In this document: positions 61,195 through 64,000 of the stretch, piece by piece
How positions within the stretch are numbered: the first letter of the stretch is position 1
Layout of the letters: the number at the start of each line of letters is the position of its first letter
NCBI GenBank assembly: GCA_965248265.1
Contig: CBDFJF010000002.1
Span: 1,376,001-1,440,000 of the forward strand
Direction: 5' to 3'
Source of the DNA: Candidatus Latescibacterota bacterium
GTDB lineage: Bacteria > Latescibacterota > UBA2968 > UBA8231
DNA: 64,000 nucleotides
Translations under genes and position numbers: made by a program
Notes under the pieces: generated by a model
Databases searched by the model: none
What the model was told of the DNA's origin: nothing
Seen by the model: the letters and a program-made list of their open reading frames with translations, nothing else

Positions 61195-62138
61195 TGTCAG
61201 GCAAACTTGATCCCGAGGTAGAGCAATACCTGCGGCAAACCGCACAGCCGGAGGCACCTCCTCTGGAAACCGTGAGTCCGGAGGAGATGCGACAAGTCTG
61301 TGTCGATCTCGTAAATCAGTTCGGTGGAATCCCTGAGCTGGTCGCTGACATCAGGGATCTGCAGATTGACGGTCCTGCTGGAGCCATTCCGATCCGCGTG
61401 TTCACACCAGAGGGTAGTGGTCCTTTTCCCGTACTGATCTATTTCCATGGCGGCGGCTGGGTGATGGGTGACCCCTCTACGCATGAGAACATCACGCAAC
61501 CTCTTACCAACCGCACCGGCTGTGTGACGGTCTCCGTCGACTACCGTCTGGCACCGGAGCATATATTCCCGGCCGCAGTTGAGGACGCCTACGCAACCAC
61601 TCGATGGGTCGTCGAAAACTCGGATAGCATCAATGGTGATGGGAATCGTATTGCCGTCGGAGGAGACAGTGCCGGAGGTAATCTGGCCGCAGCGGTTTGC
61701 CTGAAGGCACGGAATGAGCGTGGTCCATCCCTGGCATATCAACTGCTTCTCTATCCAGCGCTTGATCTGTCTTCTTTCGGTACCGATTCATACCGTGAGT
61801 GTGGCGAGGGGTACGGCCTGCCGCTAGAAATGATGGAGTGGTGTCGCGGGCACTACTTGCCGGCAGAGCCGGATCGACTCAATCCCTATGCATCCCCTCT
61901 GGTGGCGGAAGATCTGACAAATCTACCACCGGCACTCATATTGACCGCCGAATTTGATCCCTTGAGAGACGAAGGGGCCGAGTACGCGAATCGGCTCAAG
62001 GATGCAGGCATCGCAGTGAAGTATTCCTGTTACGATGGCATGGTCCACGGTTTTCTGAGCGTAGGAGGCGCCATAACGCGCGCGAAGGACGCCATTGATG
62101 AAGCGGCTTCAGAGTTACGCGCGATCTTTAAAAGCTGA
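61194..62138 (+). CDS. HSL-family esterase/lipase
   Basis: HGGGW, DYRLAPEH.FP, GDSAGGNLA, DPLRDEG, HGF. Confidence 0.93.
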   Translation: MSGKLDPEVEQYLRQTAQPEAPPLETVSPEEMRQVCVDLVNQFGGIPELVADIRDLQIDGPAGAIPIRVFTPEGSGPFPVLIYFHGGGWVMGDPSTHENITQPLTNRTGCVTVSVDYRLAPEHIFPAAVEDAYATTRWVVENSDSINGDGNRIAVGGDSAGGNLAAAVCLKARNERGPSLAYQLLLYPALDLSSFGTDSYRECGEGYGLPLEMMEWCRGHYLPAEPDRLNPYASPLVAEDLTNLPPALILTAEFDPLRDEGAEYANRLKDAGIAVKYSCYDGMVHGFLSVGGAITRAKDAIDEAASELRAIFKS

Positions 62139-62150
62139 ATCAGATCACGG

Positions 62151-62750
62151 ATGCTCCCGGTCCTGGCGCCACTCACTCTGATTCGGCAGCCCTCGCCCTT
62201 CAGCGACCCGGAGTGGTTGTTCGAGGTCAAGTATGACGGCTTCCGAAGTCTGGCCTACATCGAAGACGGTGCGTGCAAGCTGGTGTCACGCAAGGGGAGC
62301 ACCTACCAGCGGTTCAGGGACCTCTCGATGGCGCTGTCCGGGTTGGGGAGTGAGACGATACTGGACGGTGAGATTGTGTGTCTTGACGATGACGGCCAGC
62401 CACAGTTCGACGACTTGATGTTCGCCCGGGCGCCCGCACACTTCTACGCCTTCGATATCCTGTGGCTCGACGGCAAGGATCTGCGGGACCAGCCCTGTCT
62501 GGAGCGCAAACAGGTGCTCAAGGGCCTGGCAGAGTGCGACACTCCGCGATTGCACCATGCAGACCATGTCGATGGTGAAGGTGAACGGCTGTTCGAGCTG
62601 ATATGTCAGCGAGACATGGAAGGTATCGTGGCCAAGCCCATGGCCAGTCCGTACCGGGAACTGAAGGGCAAGACTCCCTGGATCAAGATCAAGAACCCCG
62701 ACTACTCTCAGGCCGAGGGCCGGGGCGAAATGTTCCAGACTGACCGCTAG
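62151..62750 (+). CDS. ATP-dependent ligase adenylation domain lacking the OB domain
   Basis: Motifs EVKYDGFR, LDGEIV, YAFDIL, EGIVAK, WIKIK; ends about 18 aa later. Confidence 0.85.
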   Translation: MLPVLAPLTLIRQPSPFSDPEWLFEVKYDGFRSLAYIEDGACKLVSRKGSTYQRFRDLSMALSGLGSETILDGEIVCLDDDGQPQFDDLMFARAPAHFYAFDILWLDGKDLRDQPCLERKQVLKGLAECDTPRLHHADHVDGEGERLFELICQRDMEGIVAKPMASPYRELKGKTPWIKIKNPDYSQAEGRGEMFQTDR

Positions 62751-62877
62751 CACAACCGTATCTTGCCTAGCTTTGTGGTAGATGGGCTACATTCGCAAAA
62801 ACCTGACCTAGCAGCAGCGTTGAGTATCGACCAATGACAGAGATGCCCGACCAGATCCACGGTGACCTTCGACTCGC

Positions 62878-63744
62878 ATGGACACCCAAAATCTGACATC
62901 TTCCAACCTGGTCTCCGCGCACGGCGGGCACAGCGGGCAGTTCTGCAGTCACGCCTCTGACTCCCTGGAAGCCATCGTCGACGAATACGCCGCTCAGCAC
63001 TTCAAGTGGGTTGGTATCACGGAGCATATGCCGCCGGTTTCGGAGCAGTTCCTTTATCCAGACGAAATCGAAACAGGCCTCACTGCGGAGTCCATATATA
63101 ATCGTTTCGCCGAATACTTTTTAGTCGCGCGGGTCCTGCAACGCAGTCATCGGGACTCGTTGCAGATTCTTGTGGGCTTTGAGACCGAATGCTACACAGG
63201 CTACGAACGCTTCGCCAAGGATCTGCGCGCAGAGTTCCATCCGGACTATATAGTCGGATCGGTTCACCACGTTCGGGACATTCCGATCGATGGAACGCAG
63301 GAGCAGTATGCCGAGGCCGCAGCTGCGTCGGGTGGACTCGATGAGCTTTATTGTGACTACTTCGATCAGCAGTTGCAGCTGCTCGAGGCACTGAAGCCAG
63401 AGGTGGTCGGCCATTTCGATCTGATTCGGATCTGGGACAGCGGCTATCACGCGCGTTTGGCAAGGGGTCCGATCAAGGATCGGATTCGACGCAATCTGGA
63501 AAAGATCGGGGAATTGGATTCCATCCTGGATTTCAACCTCCGTGCCTTCGAGAAGGGAGGGACCGAGCCTTACGTTTCCGGGCCCATTCTCGAGATGGCC
63601 CTGGAGCTTGGGATTCCATGCGTCCCGGGGGATGATTCTCATGGCGTCGCGGGAGTTGGATTGCACTTCGAGAAGGGTATTGAAATACTGAGGCAGCACG
63701 GTTGCAGTACCGATTGGCCCCTGCCGCGTAGCGGTGGGGCATAA
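62878..63744 (+). CDS. HisJ-family histidinol-phosphatase (PHP domain)
   Basis: H..HSGQFC.HA, TEHMP, GSVHH, GHFDL, DDSH. Confidence 0.88.
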   Translation: MDTQNLTSSNLVSAHGGHSGQFCSHASDSLEAIVDEYAAQHFKWVGITEHMPPVSEQFLYPDEIETGLTAESIYNRFAEYFLVARVLQRSHRDSLQILVGFETECYTGYERFAKDLRAEFHPDYIVGSVHHVRDIPIDGTQEQYAEAAAASGGLDELYCDYFDQQLQLLEALKPEVVGHFDLIRIWDSGYHARLARGPIKDRIRRNLEKIGELDSILDFNLRAFEKGGTEPYVSGPILEMALELGIPCVPGDDSHGVAGVGLHFEKGIEILRQHGCSTDWPLPRSGGA

Positions 63745-63760
63745 CGACTGGAGATTCAAC

Positions 63761-64000
63761 TTGAAAGCCAAGAATCCGATGGTCATTCACTATGTCCATG
63801 ACATGGATCGCGCCAAGACCTTTTACACTGACGTCTTCGACGTGAAACCCTCGTTTGAGTCACCGGGATGGACGACCCTCGACTTCGGGGCCATACAGCT
63901 GGCGTTGCACATAACGGCGGGGGACGACGCACTCCTTCCCAATGCCGGCTTGAACCTTGAAGTCGATAACATCGAAGAGATCCAGGCAGACGTAGAGAAG
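63761..64000 (+). CDS. VOC/glyoxalase family protein (runs off the window end)
   Basis: GGAG then TTG; YVHDMDRAKTFYTDVF, LALH, LEVDNI. Confidence 0.8.
   Translation, partial: MKAKNPMVIHYVHDMDRAKTFYTDVFDVKPSFESPGWTTLDFGAIQLALHITAGDDALLPNAGLNLEVDNIEEIQADVEK

Overview
GC-rich bacterial chromosomal window, probably from the FCB group. The FG-GAP/ASPIC protein with a FlgD/T9SS-type tail, the TonB receptor plus DUF4249 pair, and the many PhyH, BNR, sulfatase and enolase-superfamily paralogs suggest a Ca. Latescibacterota-like organism (inference). Most of the window is a loose array of catabolic enzymes of unknown substrate. It also holds two near-identical IS630 copies (one splits a GH95 fucosidase), two VapBC modules with palindromic operators, several deletion scars, and 1-bp frameshifts that look like homopolymer read errors. 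The most unusual region is 16928-22584, an integrase-less 5.5-kb islet bounded by a 124/125-bp duplication of an aminotransferase 3' end. It has three 13-bp tandem repeats at one edge and a palindrome at the other. Inside, a duplicated 71-bp promoter brackets a 1076-aa CBM9-like/7TM/sigma54-AAA+ fusion with GAFPGA, a degenerate R-finger region and no HTH, followed by a candidate structured RNA. About 10 kb upstream, a perfect sigma54 promoter with a candidate enhancer precedes the secreted FG-GAP/TolB-repeat protein. No rRNA, tRNA or CRISPR array was seen. Family assignments come from motif recognition only; no searches were run.
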